Of a stretch of 64,000 nt of DNA, positions 1 to 15,423 are shown piece by piece. This DNA is from the human T2T-CHM13v2.0 reference genome, Homo sapiens: the NCBI RefSeq assembly GCF_009914755.1, contig NC_060939.1. One strand, written 5' to 3'. Numbering within the stretch: position 1 is the first letter of the stretch; every line of letters begins with the position of its first letter. Position numbers and translations under genes: made by a program. Under the pieces are notes generated by a model that saw nothing but the letters and a program-made list of their open reading frames with translations, ran no database searches and was not told where the DNA came from.

Positions 1-559
1 TGAACTTGGATCTGGATGCCGCAGAAAAACAATGAAACTTGGAGTCCTTCCTTTGGGGTAGTGCATTTTCTTTTGTACGAGTGATCATTGTATTCTCTCA
101 GGCTAGCACAGGTTACTGTTACTATTACAGCTGGTAATATAAGCATTAAAATGGGGCACATAAATGTTGACATTATGCAGCAAAGGGGTGGATTGTAGTG
201 ACATCTCAAATTTTTGAATACTTCCACATTGTAAGTCCTACCTTTGCAAGATATCATCTAAAAAAAAAAACTACATTTCTCAGCCTCCCTTTTCAGTAAG
301 GTACAGACATAAAACTAGCTTCTTTCAATCAGAGGCATCAGCATAAAACTTAGAAAGCAGATGGGAGAATAGTGAGGTGAACGGTGAGACTAGTGGAATC
401 ATGCAAGTATGCAGTCTTAGGCAGTTCTGCAGGAGCTGTAACAGAAGTTCAGTGCAGTGAAGGTCCAGTTTGTGTTTTCACAGGAGTTGAGCAGTATGTC
501 ACAGCCTCTGCAGAATTTCCAGATGACAAAATAATGTCATCAGAATTTTGCTATATCCA

Positions 560-900
560 TTTCCATTTCTAGACCTAGCTTTTATCTGCACTGGATTCCT
601 TCTCAAGTAGGTTCTTTCCCTTGTAGTGGCCCCTGGGAGCCCCAAACCCAGGGAAAGAGAGTTTCTCTTTCCAATCATCAAGAAAAAAAAAGTCCCTGGA
701 CTGAATCTCATTCACGCAGTTTGGGTCACATATCCATCACTGAATCGATTGCTGTGGCCAATGAGATTGAATATGCCAGGCCCAGGTAATACGCATCCCC
801 TGAACAGTCAGATCAGGATGAGGTCTGAAAGGGAGACTAGATCCGTTTCAAGTAGTTCATCACCCAAAAGCAACTAGCCTTACAGTATGGAGGAACGAAC
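560..900. mobile_element. Old MaLR (MLT1K/L-like) LTR fragment
   Basis: GAATCTCATT...TTGGGTCACAT...CACTGAATC...TGTGGCCAATGAG pattern typical of old MLT1; boundaries approximate. Confidence 0.45.
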
Positions 901-3900
901 TGGTGAGACTGAGGTACTGCCCTACAAAATGTAGCATATGCTTCAAGCTAGTGACCACTTACCAAGGGTAGTCCTCAAGCTAAAATCAGGATGTTACCAA
1001 AGAAAAGGAGGAGGAATGATGGGCAGGCAGAAGCAACAGTGGTCCACTACATGGCAAGTTCCGGCTCCTCCCCTGGGCTCTGGTAGGATGGTGACTAAGA
1101 GAGCCTGCAGCTGAGTCCCTGACTCTTCTTGCCTTGTGACCCTAGTGGCACTTTCAGTTTGCTGAACTAAAATTCTGAAGGTCTGGTTTTCAGGTGTGAT
1201 GTCTGCGAACTGGACAATCTCCCTTAACTTTTTTGAACCTCCTTTGGGCCATTTTTTGCCAAATGAAGAACTAATAAAGCCTGCCTTGTGAAAATTCAAC
1301 AAGATAAAACTCATAAAAACCACTTTGAAATCTGTAAAGTACTCCACAAATGTAATGGATCATCTTTATTGCTTCAAGGAAACCAGAGATGAACTGAGCC
1401 TAGCTCATCCTGGTTAGGAGGGGGAAACTATCCCATAGATAAAGGGCAAATATGGGAAACTGAGGTTGATGGACGGCCATAAGGCAAGTGGAGTGAGAAC
1501 TAGGGCCACTGTCAAATGCTCTTCACCACACAGATAAGACCAATCCACCTCTTTCTGGGCTACTGAGCTCGTCTCCCCGCTTCCCTAGGTAAGAGTAAAA
1601 ATATCTGCTGAGCTGTGACCAAAGGCTTAAACTGTAAATATGTTTGACATAGGATTCCTCACTGAGAAAATTTCTTCTAGGAAAATAAATAGTTAGGAAA
1701 GCAAAGATTCCTGTGAAAGAAAATGTATTGCAGCAATTACTGGGATAACAAAAGTTTGAAAGTAGCTGCCCTGCAATAAGAAATTGATTATATAATTACA
1801 CAAATTATGGTATTATCTCTTCAGTGGCATGCTAAGAGTAAAATGATGATACAGATAGTACACAGAGGAAGAGCCAGGATATAATAAATGAAAAGAGCAT
1901 GGACATTATGATCCCGTTTTTGTCAATCAAACCTATAGATGCATTCATGTGCATAAGGAAAGATTGAAAAGATACATAATAGTTACATCATGCATTCCTT
2001 TAACTTCTCTGAGTTAAACTGTGCAGTCCCCAAGATGTGTGGGGTGGTGGGGGGCAGCGGCAGGGAGACAGAGAAAGAGAGAATAATTTAAAGCGTGCAG
2101 GAGATCTGACCTGACACTCACTGAACACGTGAGTGAGATGAGGACACAAGAATGCTGAAATTTCAGTCCCTCTCAGTTCTCATTTGCCTTTCAGAATGTG
2201 AGCATCCTCCCATGCTGAGTATGATGCTAATGTTTCAAGATGTGTATTTTTTTATACAACCTGTCCCCTAAATGCAAGCCAGCTACGTTTTCTAGGGCTC
2301 AACCAATGAAGCAGTGATCAAGTTCAAGCCCAGAGGAAAATGGCTGACTTGTACGGATGGAAAGATGCCGCGTCCTCTCCTAATGCGGCCCCTTCCTGAG
2401 AAATTGTCCACTGTGGTTTTCCTCCTGACTTTAGATCCTGACCCCCACCTGTGGTTCCCAAGAAGCTCCTTCCCAGCAAAACGTATACAGTGGTGACCTC
2501 TGGGTGAAGCTGTTTCTTTTCTCTTTATGACAAGCTATATCTTCTAATTACCTAAAATGAACATGTATTAGGTAATGTATTTTTAAGGATAGCTAAGACC
2601 TCCTGCTCTAGTGGAGACTTAACAGAGTACCCTCTAGAATGTTCCATTTAGTTATCCCAGCTTTGCCAGCACACAAGAGCAGATTCCTGTGAAGACTGTG
2701 CAGAGGCCACTGTCCTTCCTCTGTGGCTGGCAAGGCTGCTCTCTCCTCTTCTCTCAACCCTTATCACAGAGAATCTCCGTGGCTGATAGCATTAGGCCGG
2801 GGCCGGGCAGCCCTGGATGGCTGCAGGCCCCAGGGTGCCAGGCAGCTCGGGGCCATCTCCGCCCATCGCTCCCAGGCTCCATCAACCCTTGTTAGTCCTC
2901 ATTACCAGCCTGAGCCCAGACAGGCTGCCTCCACGCTGGGTCCTTGATTTTTCTATTTGGAGAGGGTTATTCGGGCCAAATCTCCAAATCAAGTTATGCC
3001 CCTGACATCTTAGATTTGCAGTGCTCTGACAGCGCCTCCTCCCCTGCAGCCCACCCTCAGTCCCCACAAGCTACAGATGGTCACCGGCAGTGTATAAACC
3101 TATCTTGATCCCCCTGCAGAATATAAACTCTCTCTCTTTCTCCCTCTTTCTCTCTCTCACACACAAACACAGAGACACACACACACATAAACACACACAA
3201 ATCCTCATATACACACAAACACTTCCCCACAGCCCCACAAATGCACTCTATCACCCATACTCACTCAAATAAGCGTCCATGAACACCCACACCCTGGGGT
3301 CCTCAAAAGTCACGAGAGACCCAGATCACTTACAGTTTTGAGGTTTCCAGCATGTTCAAGCATGACAAATTGCTACAACCGCGTTTCAAAATTTGTAGCT
3401 CTTTTAAATGTTTACATTTAACAAATTACCATTGTGTGTTTTAAACGCGAGATAATTGTGTTATCCACAAAATAATTAAAGGATTTATGAACAATTAATT
3501 CTTAGGACATGGCAAGCAGCAGCAGGCTTCAGGAATGCATTGTGCTTAGGGCTGGATGATGAATGTCCTCCCCTCGCCATCTTGTCAGCTTATCTCTCGG
3601 ACTGCATATGTAACCTCATTTGGGGACAATATCAAGAGCCCACATCTGAAGCCTTCTGTGAGTGTGAGGCCCAGCCAGTGGCTCCTGTCAACCCCTGAAT
3701 GCACACTCACCATGCACGCTCACCAACAAGGCCCTGAGCCCCCACACACTACCACCACATACCCACCCTACCTGCAGGGGGAAAGCCAGAGTCCTGGGAC
3801 TCACTGGTAACCTCAGTCATCCCTTGACAGTCATTGGAATGTCTCAGAGCTGGGAGGGACCCTCTGTGCCATCTGATCCAGCCCTTTCAAGGCAGAGGCT

Positions 3901-5466
3901 TCTCCTACAATGCCCCCGCGATGGTTGACCACCTGGCCCAGGCTCGAGCCCTTTCAGATCCTTCCTGACTCAGCAGCGTGGACTGGTCCTAATAGGAAGG
4001 AATGTGAAGTCGGCCATCCTAGAACTTCCACTCATTAGCATCCTCCTCCTCTTCTATAGAGTAACCCTAGGATTCAGGAAAAGCGCCATTCAGCCTGCTC
4101 TTCTCTGGGACAAAGGGCTTCTGTTCTGTCCACCTGCATCTGGAAAAGTATTGCCTATGTATGTGCATGCGCACACACACACATGCACATGATTACTAGC
4201 TCACATACACATATACACTCACATGCTCATACCCATACATGTACACACACACTTTCAAAGACTGCCTTTTAGGGCAAGACCCTGACCTTGAGAGGCAAAC
4301 CACAGTCTGAAGCCCTCTTTCATTCCCTATTAGTGGTGGCTTGAAAAAGTCATCTGTCTTCTGTAAGCCTCAGTTTTCCCTGTATTTAAAGTGGATCCAA
4401 AAGACATCTGCCTCACAAGTCACTGGTCGGATCTACTTGAGATCTTTGTAAGAGCACCCAGCAAACCACCCGGCACATAGTTTCTTTCCTATCTTCCTGT
4501 GCTTTGGGGAAATCCTTACACTGACCACGCCCAGTCCACTCCCACCATCATGACCACCAACTCAAACATCCAAGCAGAACACGAGGGCTCTATCATCCTA
4601 AGTCGGACTAGATGCTAGAAAACACATTGCCACATTGAGCAAAGTGGGGTCCTGGATCCTGCCCACCTCACCTGCTTTCCATTTACCTCCACTTCTTCCT
4701 TATGGCCTACTTTCATGTCTCACTGAAACCCCTGCAGCTCTCAGTCCCCTGCTGCCTCCCTAGGCTTCACTTTTGCTCTCTCTCATTGGAATATCTTCCC
4801 TGTCATCTCCCAATTCCTCCCACCACCAGATCAGGGAAAGCTTCCTGGAGGAGGTGAGTCCAGGACTCAGTCTGGAAGAATGAGCTGCATCACTAAATAT
4901 CTGCCTAACTCCTATTCATCCCTCCAAACTAGTGCCTGACCCCTCCCCCAGAAAACCTTCCCTGATCACCTCACCTCCAGCTAGTTTAGACCATGCATCA
5001 ATTAGCACTTTTGTTTTCTGATTGCAATGAGTGTTTTTGTTTGGGGGTTGAGATACGTATCAGAAAATGAGTGGAACACTCAAACTAGATAGTTGACAAG
5101 AGTTTAACAAAGTGATTATTTTCAAAGGCAGGGTTTAGGGAACCCAAAAAGAGATCGCATCGTACATAGGACTAGAAACAGAGGGCAACCTTAACCCCCG
5201 ATAGGCCTAACTGGGACAATGGGAGGAGCTGCTAGCAGAACCAGAAGATAATGACATGAAACGGCAGGGCTGGTGGTGGTGAATGTCAGTCAATGTCAGA
5301 ATGATGTTAGGATCATAATGTTTGTTCAATGTTAACATTTTAATTAAAACTTTTAGTTGATTTTTCCACATTTGTACATATTTTGTATTTGAAAGGTATT
5401 AAGGTTTTAGTTTCACTGATTATTTTAAAATGAATTTTAAATACTTCATTTTTAAAAACCAGTATT

Positions 5467-5795
<329 letters not shown>

Positions 5796-5855
5796 TCAGC
5801 AACATATGAATAAATATTCCAACATAGTATTATCATTCTGTTCTGATGTTGAAAC

Positions 5856-6400
5856 TCAGTACTCTTTTGGTTGTAAGGGATAGGAAACCCAGCCCCAAAC
5901 TGGCTTGAGCAAAAAGGGAATCTGTTACTTCACATGTATGAAGATTCCAGTGTGTCAGCTAGCCTCAGGCCTAGCTTGGCGCAAGGGCAAGAACAATATC
6001 ACCAGGACCTGGGTTGCTCAGTCTTTCAGTCAGACTCAGTTCTCCTCCATGGGTCCCCTTTATGCTTGGATAGGCCATCCCTCAGGGTCACCCAGAGACT
6101 GCAGCAGCTCCAGACCTCACGCCCATTCAACCACACATCGAGCTGGGAGGAGCTGCTTTCCCAGAAATCCGCAGGAGTCCTGCTGCCTCCCATCAGCTCC
6201 AGTGGGCTGTTGTGGCCATCGCTACAGCAACCCCTGAGTCCCGCATTATAAGCCGCATCACTGCAGAGCCTGGGGTAAGCTCAGCTTTCTGTGAAACATA
6301 GACTGAGGTGGGAAAGGGGCAGTTTCCCCAAAGCATAAGAAACTACCCCAAGAAGAGAGAGCTGATGCTGTGTGACGAAACAACACGTACTCACCTCAGA
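5856..6400. mobile_element. Old MaLR (MLT1K/L-like) LTR
   Basis: Starts ...CTTTTGGTTGTAAGGGATAGGAAACCCAGCCCCAAACTGGCTTGAGCAAAAAGGGAAT, typical of old MLT1. Confidence 0.55.
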
Positions 6401-6477
6401 TGCGCCCCTCTGTGCTTCCATAGAATTCCAGACTTCTCTCTTAAATGACTCCCTTCACACTATTAAAAAAAAAAAAT

Positions 6478-6784
<307 letters not shown>

Positions 6785-6984
6785 CTAAACTCCTAGAGGA
6801 CAGGGACTATCAGGTATTCCCAGTCCCAGGAAATGCCTGGCGTTCCATAGTTGCTCCATAACTGTTTGTAGAGTGAACGTCTGATTGGCAGTTCCAGATG
6901 ATGGTGGCTTGCCTGGGGACCCTCTATCTGACAGGCTGATGGGACAAAGCATTGTAGATATCCTCTGGGTTCTGAATGCAGACC

Positions 6985-7166
6985 TTAGTGTGTCTAGGAT
7001 TGCCTGGAGAGCTTAAAACATAGATTTTAAAACATAGATATCCTGGCCCCACCCCTAGAGATTCTGATTCAAAAGGCCTGGGATGGGGCCTGAGACTCTG
7101 CATTTCCAGCAAGCTCCTAACCACTGCTGATGTTACAGGCTCTGGACCACGCTTTGTGTAGCAGTG
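6985..7166. mobile_element. MER5A hAT-Charlie MITE
   Basis: CCCCACCCCTAGAGATTCTGATTC...GGGATGGGGCCTGAGACTCTGCATTT...GGACCACGCTTTG core. Confidence 0.7.
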
Positions 7167-7879
7167 CTTGAGAGAACCCACAAAGGAAGCCCAGAGATTC
7201 GGGGAAGAGCCTTTTGCTGGCCAAGACTCAGGCTACCCTGCATGATCAAACAACCCTATTCAAAACCATGCTCTCGTGACTGCTCTATTAACCGAGCATG
7301 TTCAAACAGCCTTGCTGGATGGGGCTCGTAATGAAAGAAGTAGACTTTTCAGAACTATCTAGTAAAAGATTTATTCAATTAAAGTGATTCCATTTTTAAA
7401 GATATTTGTCCTTTTGTGAAGGCAAAGCCATGCTTTTCTAATTAAAGGCTAATTGTGGGCTAATATGCAGATCTCACTGCTTTCAGCACAGTGAGGCAGA
7501 GGGAGAGGGAGAGTCTGATGGCTGTGCTGGAAATCTCAAGAGTGAAGAAAAGATGCGCACTTCATCCCCATCCTTCAGAGGGCCTGCAGGATGAAGCTTA
7601 CACCTAGTGTCTTCATTCATTCAACAAGCATCTTAAGCACTTTAAAAGAGGGGTATAAAAACACATATGTAAACCTGATCATGTCATTTCCCTGCCTAAG
7701 ACCCTTCAAAGTCTCCTGCTTGCATAGGATGAAGAACACAATCTTTAATTAGCATGGCGCATAAGTCCTGACAGGCCCCCTCTTCACCTCTTCACCCTCA
7801 TCTCCTATGACCTGCTCCCTGACTTGGAGGCCAGCCACACTGGACTTGTCCCTGTCAGTTCCTGTGATGCACCTAGTCT

Positions 7880-8352
7880 GACACAGACTGAACTGTGCCC
7901 GCCCCCCACCAAATTCCTAACTGTCAATATGACTGTATCTGGAGAAACAGTCTTTAGGAAGTACTAAGGTTAAATGAAGGGCCTTAAGCCAGTAGGACTG
8001 GTGCCCTTAGAAGAAGAGAAAAAGGAACCAGGCGTACCCACTTAAGAGAAAACACCACATGAGGACACAGGGAGAAGGTGGCCGTCTGCAAGCCCAGGAG
8101 AGAGGGCTTCACAAGAAAGCAACGCTAGCATTTCAGCACTGCATGAATAAATGCTCAGAGTGTTACCATTTTGTTCTGATACTGAAAATTAGTACTCTTT
8201 TGCTTGTAAGCGATAGGAAACCCAGCCCAAAACTGGCTTAGGATGCCATCCTATGGCACCTCGATCTTGGACTCCCAGCCTCAAGAACTGTGAAAAATCA
8301 AGTTCTGTTGCTTAAGCCACCTTGGCTGTGGTATTTGGTTATGTCAGCTCTT
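7880..8352 (+). mobile_element. MLT1B-like MaLR solo LTR interrupted by a ~125-bp insert (8124-8249)
   Basis: GAGGACACAGGGAGAAGGTGGCCGTCTGCAAGCC...GGCACCTCGATCTTGGACTCCCAGCCTCAAGAACTGTG...TAAGCCACC. Confidence 0.75.
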
Positions 8353-8589
8353 ACAAAGCCCTCACACATGCTGTTCCCTCCTCCTGAAAGACCCTGCTAC
8401 CCTGCTGCGCTCAGCCAGATTAATTCCTCTACTCAACCTTCAGACCTCAGCTGAAATGTCACCTCCTCACAGAGACCTTCTCTGATCACTCCCTGCTCTG
8501 TCTGTTCATCTCCTTTACAGAACCCACCAATTAAACAGATTTTAGATTCCAGAAACATACTCAAATACAAATGAAAAATAAAGCTCATG

Positions 8590-10260
8590 ATCAACACAAC
8601 CTTCCAAATCAGTAGAACAAAGGATGCAGGATTCAGTAAATGATGTTGGGATAAACTGAGTCTCTAGTTAGGAAAAAAAGAAAAGTTTCGTCACAACCTT
8701 ATTCTTTACCCAAAAATAAATTCCTGATGGAAGCAAGGTTAATGAACCTTGGAAGTTCAGGAACTGAAGGAAGGTTTTACATTCTTGGAGTTGAAATAGG
8801 AAACCACACACCCACCCCCCGCCGCCTTTTTTTCTTTTCTTTTTTTTTTTTTTTAGATAAGGTCTCACTCTGTCACCCAGGCTGGAGTACAGTGGCACGA
8901 TCTTGGCTCACTGTAGCCTCAACTGTCTATGCTCAAGTGATTCTCCCACCTCAGCCTCCTGAGTAGCTGGGACCACAGGCATGCGCCTCCATGCCCGGCT
9001 AATTTTTCTTTTTTTTTTTTTTTTTGTAGAGACAAGGTCTCACTATGTTGCCCAGGCTGGTCTTGAAACTCTTGGACTCAAGCAATCCTCCCATGTAAGC
9101 CTCCCAAAGTGCTGGGATTACAGGCATGAGCCACTGAGCCCAGTCAGAAAGGCCTTTTAAAAAATACAAAACAAACCCCGAAACTCTAATAGAAAAGATT
9201 GATTACACTACTAACTTCACAAAAATAAAAATGATAATTATAAGAACAGTAACAAATTAAGGGAAATATTTGCAACATATATTAAAGACAAAAGGCTAAT
9301 TTCTATTATATATAAAGAGTGTCTACAAATCAATAAGATCAAGAGTCCAGTAGGAAAATGTGGATAAGATAAAATAGTTAACGGTAACTAAGATAAAAAT
9401 GAATTTTTAAACACATAAAAAGATTTACAAATTAAAATGAGATACCTCTCATTTTTACCTATTATGTTAGCCAAGTTGACAAAGCTTAATAACAGATTAT
9501 TAGCAAGAATATGAAGGAACTGACACTCTCACTCATATGCACTCTCAATGCATATGACCTTTATGGAGACAATAAAACATAATATTTAAAACGTGCAGAG
9601 TCTTTAATTTAGAAATTGCAATTCCAGAAAATTATCCTATGGATAGGCTTACACATACATGAAATGATATATGTATAAGAATATTCATTGTGGCATCGTT
9701 AAAAATCTAAAAGACTGGAAACAAACTATCCTTCAATATCAGGCTGGTTAAATATATTGTGATACAGTCCATACAACTGAATATCATACAGCCTTTAAAA
9801 TGAATGAGGCAGTTCCCCTGAACTGATAAGAGTGTGTTCTAAGATATATTGTTATGTGGAAAGGCAAGTTATTGAAGAAGGTGTATATCATGCTAGAACA
9901 TGTTTAAAAATTTAAAAATATGCGTGCATATACTTATATGTGCATTGATTAACTTTGGAAAGGAACGTAAGGGACTGGTAACCAAGGCCACCTTCCAGGA
10001 AGGGAGCTGCAAGGGGAGGCAGACTTCTTTTTCACTGCATAATCCTCTGTAACTTTTGAATTTTGTATACTATGTATCAAAATGAATTTCTGATTAAGAA
10101 CAAATGAATTAAAAGCCATTTCACAGGAGGAAAATACCAAAAGGGGAAAAAAGCAAAAACAAAATGTTACCAATGATTGTGCGGTGGTTCTAGGAACGCC
10201 TTTACTTTTTCTTTGTATTTTTCTATATTTAACTCTATTTCTTTAGTGAACATGTACTGA
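8590..10260 (+). mobile_element. Highly decayed L1M (L1ME-like) ORF2 3' end / 3'UTR fragments, interrupted by the AluJ
   Basis: A-rich, with GGAAATATTTGCAACATAT...AATATTCATTGTGGCAT...AAGACTGGAAACAA L1 3' hallmarks. Confidence 0.6.
8827..9145 (-). mobile_element. AluJ
   Basis: Antisense dimeric Alu with J-type CACTATGTTGCCCAGG / CTCAAGCAATCCTCCC. Confidence 0.88.
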
Positions 10261-10572
10261 TTTCAAATGGGGAAAAGAATCATTTTTTAAAAGCACTGTC
10301 GGAGTCACTAATCAGCATCTTTCCTGTTGAGCCGCATGTGTTCCCAGCTGGAGATGGCATGAAATCCCCCGACCACATCTGTTAATCCTGAGCCATCCCT
10401 GTAAAGACCCTCCCAGCCCCTGCATGTGGCTTTAGGGAATCAAGTCATCGCAGCTGCTTCATTGGTCCTACTCCAAGCGTGCTGGAGGCGGGACCTGTGC
10501 CTGAATGACAGCAGAGCTCCAACTCCAAGAGGAAGGGAAGAAGCACAGCGACCCCTGGAAACTTGGAAAAAC

Positions 10573-10578
10573 CACACA

Positions 10579-10620
<42 letters not shown>
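10573..10620. repeat. (CA)n microsatellite
   Basis: ~24 CA units with one TA interruption. Confidence 0.95.
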
Positions 10621-10622
<2 letters not shown>

Positions 10623-10865
10623 AGTTAACATTTGAGCAGCACTCTAGAGTTTGCCAGGAGCATCTTATACATTTTATTTGACTCTCACAACTGCCATGAG
10701 ATGTAGCTCTGAGGATTCTCCCCCTTTTGAAAGCTAATGAAACTGATGTGCTGAGAGGGAAAGTGACTCATCCAGGCCTCCACAGCTACATGTTCTTGGG
10801 TCAGGAGTTCCATACAGATATTCTAGCTCCAAATGTTCAGCTCTCTCTTCTTCATTAAGTTGTTG

Positions 10866-12190
<1,325 letters not shown>

Positions 12191-14499
12191 CAGTTGCCAA
12201 AACATGCCTTTGGTGACTTCCCCCTCTTCCCATAGCCCTCCTTGTCTCTCAGACTCCTTTTCTTCATTCTCCATTTCCCCAAGGCCTTGGGGCTCTACAG
12301 TTCCCCTAGACTGTCGAAGGCCCTCTAGAAGAGCATCCTATTCTATCAAGTATATTCCTCCAAATTCAAGGAATTCCACAAATGTCTCCGAAGTGCCTAC
12401 CTTGTTGCAGGGCACCGAACAGGATATGAGATGAAAGTACCAGGCCTGTGGGTGGGCTGGGTACCAGCTACTGGAGGTGAGGAGCTAGGCTGGCTCCGGG
12501 GACACAGGGATGAATCCGAGTATTTGCCACTTGTATTACAGACTCTCCCCATTGCTAGGTATGCAGATTTCAACATCAAAGAAAAGAAGGGGAAGGAGGA
12601 GAGACAGAATGAGATTGCAGTTAACTGAGACTCAAAGAACCAGGACAAGACCGATTAGGGGCCCCAAGGGGAACCACGGAGTATCTTGAGAACCTGGGGT
12701 CAAAGGGGAGGCATAGGGACTCAAAAAGCGTAGGTAAGAATGCTGAAGACAGGGAGCACTCATGTTCCACAGGGTTTTGAAGAAGACCCTAGAGCTATTA
12801 GCCTTCTGTTTCTGAAACTAAGCCTCCACTGTAAACACCCCAGAAACACCCACCAGTGGCTCACCTCTTCCCATTGTCCCTCATCAGGTGAGAGAGCATT
12901 TGTGTCTACAGCTCTGGGCCTGGGCCCTGGGCTCACTGGACTGCTGAATGCACCTCCATCAGTCACGCAGCCCCGAGGGGCACACGTACACATTCAGCAA
13001 ATGTGCAGAGCTTGCTGCAAGGACCTGGGGAGGCAGCATGTGTGAGACACTGCCTTAGTCAAGCATCACTTGGCTGCAAGAAACAGGGACCCCCCCCCCC
13101 ACCACACCTCTTCAAATTAGCTCAACTAATAAAGAGTTTTATTGAAGGGCTACCAGAAAAACTCGAGAAGATAGCACGAAGTGAAAGTAATTCTCACAGC
13201 AGCTGGAAAGTCATCTGTGCTTCCCTCTCCCTCCCTCCCGCCTCTTTCTGGGAAGCGCCATCATGTTTCCAGTTCTCTCTGTAGAAGGGCGTCATCTAGG
13301 TGCTGTCATTCTGGTTCATCCATAACTTAGGCTTTCCATGGCTTCCATGAGCCAGGCTCACTTGGCCTCAACTCCACAGGGCGCCATAGCGCAGCCTCCC
13401 AGCTCACCAACTCATTCTCTCTCATAGTCTTAATTTCAAATTCTTAAAAGAATTGATCTGATTAAGGAACTTATCAAACCAGATCATATGTCCACTCCCG
13501 GTATCATCAGCATGGAAGAGAGAGCTGCCCTTCCAGCTGCTGGGAGCCCTGTCAGATGAATAAGCAGAGTGTGTAGGCAGAGATACAAACTCCCTCACAG
13601 AGCCACTGCAGACCAGCTCTGGCTCTCTGAAACCTCACGGTCCAAGCTCTGGGAGAGAGTGTCTTCCAGCAAACTCCAACAGGGAATGAAAATGAGACAT
13701 CAATCCTATTTCCCAGGGAGGAACCATGAATCCAAGGCAGAATGACCTATGGCAGGTCAGGAACTCAACTGGGTCACCATGGGAGCAATTGTCCTGGCTT
13801 CACACAGATCCATCCCATCCTGTGTCTCCCACTGACCCAGACCATATAGCAGCATCCTTGCTCCCTAGGCACTTATACGCCAACATACACCATGCTGGTC
13901 TAAGAGGATCTCACGTATTGCAATGCAGAAATACAGAATGTAAACAAACCTTGTCCCATGGTGGCAAAAGAAACGCAGAGACCTGGTTGCTTATCCTGAT
14001 CCTGAAACTAGCTTGCCAAGTGAAGGCAGACAAGCCACTTCCTCCTCCTGCACTAGATGACCTCGATTGTCTACCCTTCCAGCTCTGACCTTCCTTGGCT
14101 GAGGGACATCTCAGGCAGGGCTAGTGGCGTAGTATGTGAAAAGGAAGATGGTTCGTGCTTTTTTCTGCTTAGTTAGAAAAGATTCTCTGGATGAGGCCAG
14201 TTCCCAGAATTGCTTAAAAGAGGGAAGGGAGAGGGCAGTAGACTACAATGGAAAGAGTTTTCAGGCCTGGTGCCACTTGGGAGAAAGGGCTGGGTCATTG
14301 TCATAAGACAGGTACATCTGACTGGGCAGAAGATTGGTTTCCTGTTGAAAGATGTTGGTCCTCATGGTCTTCAGCAGGTGTGAGTATGCATATGGAGGAG
14401 CTGGAGCAGTGTGGGGGCAGCCAGAAGGTAAAATACTTGCTTTCCGTGGTCTTCTCTACAGGGTCTCCAAGGAGGCTCTTGGGGGATTCTTCAGGGCAT

Positions 14500-15080
14500 C
14501 CTGGGGTGAGTTATAAGCATTTCTGTCATAAGGCACAGAAACCCCACCGAAATTATCATAGTCAAATGATAATTCAGTGCCACATGTAGCTGAAAAGTTC
14601 AGAGGTAGGTCTGGCTTCAGGCATGGCTGGATACAGGTGCTCAAAGAGAATCACCAAAACCTGGTTCTTTATCTCTAAGGCCCATTTTCTCTGGATAGCA
14701 TTCATTCTCAGAAAGACTCTCCTGGTATAACCACAAGATGACTGCAGCAGCTCCACCACATACCTCCAGGTTTAAGTCCTATGAGGAAGTGTGAGTCAGC
14801 TTTCCTAGCAATCCAACAAACAAAAAACCCAGAACTGAATTTCACTGGCTCTGACTGGTCTCCCTTGAATTATGTGCTAGTTCCTGAACCAATCACTGTC
14901 AGCAGGGGAATGGAACGCTCTGGTTTTGTAAGTCTGAGCCTTACTGTATAACCCATGGGCCAGGGGTGGATCCTGCTCAACCACATGGGCTGAGAGAGAG
15001 AGAGAGATGGATTCTCAGATGCTATTACCAGGAAAATCAGGAATGGGTGTTTGGAAAGCAAATTACCCATGATCACTATA
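14500..15080. mobile_element. MLT1K/J-like MaLR LTR
   Basis: GAAAAGTTCAGAGGTAGGTCTGGCTTCAGGCATGGCTGGATACAGG...CCTGAACCAATCACTG pattern. Confidence 0.6.
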
Positions 15081-15203
15081 GCAGGTTATCCTAAACTGGG
15101 ACTATTGCTAACAGTACATTTTCATTGCAGATGTAAATTCAGGTGGAAAAGACCTCCATTTCAGCTATATACTGACATATCTTATCCTCCTAGCAGGGGA
15201 GGA

Positions 15204-15423
15204 TTTTTTTTTTAAGTTCTGGGATACATGTACAGAATGTGCAGGTTCATTACATAGGTAAATGTGTGCTATGGTGGTTTGCTGCACCAATCAACCCATC
15301 ACCTAGGGATTAAGCCCAGCATGCATTAGCTATTTTTCCTGATCCCCTCTCTCCTCCGCCACCCCTCGGCAGGCCCCAATGTGTGCTGTTCCCCTCCCTA
15401 TGTCCATCTGTTCTCATTGTTCA
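15204..15423 (-). mobile_element. Primate L1PA 3' end, heavily 5'-truncated
   Basis: T-tail then AAGTTCTGGGATACATGT...TACATAGGTAAATGTGTG...GCATGCATTAGCTATTT...TTCTCATTGTTCA. Confidence 0.85.
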
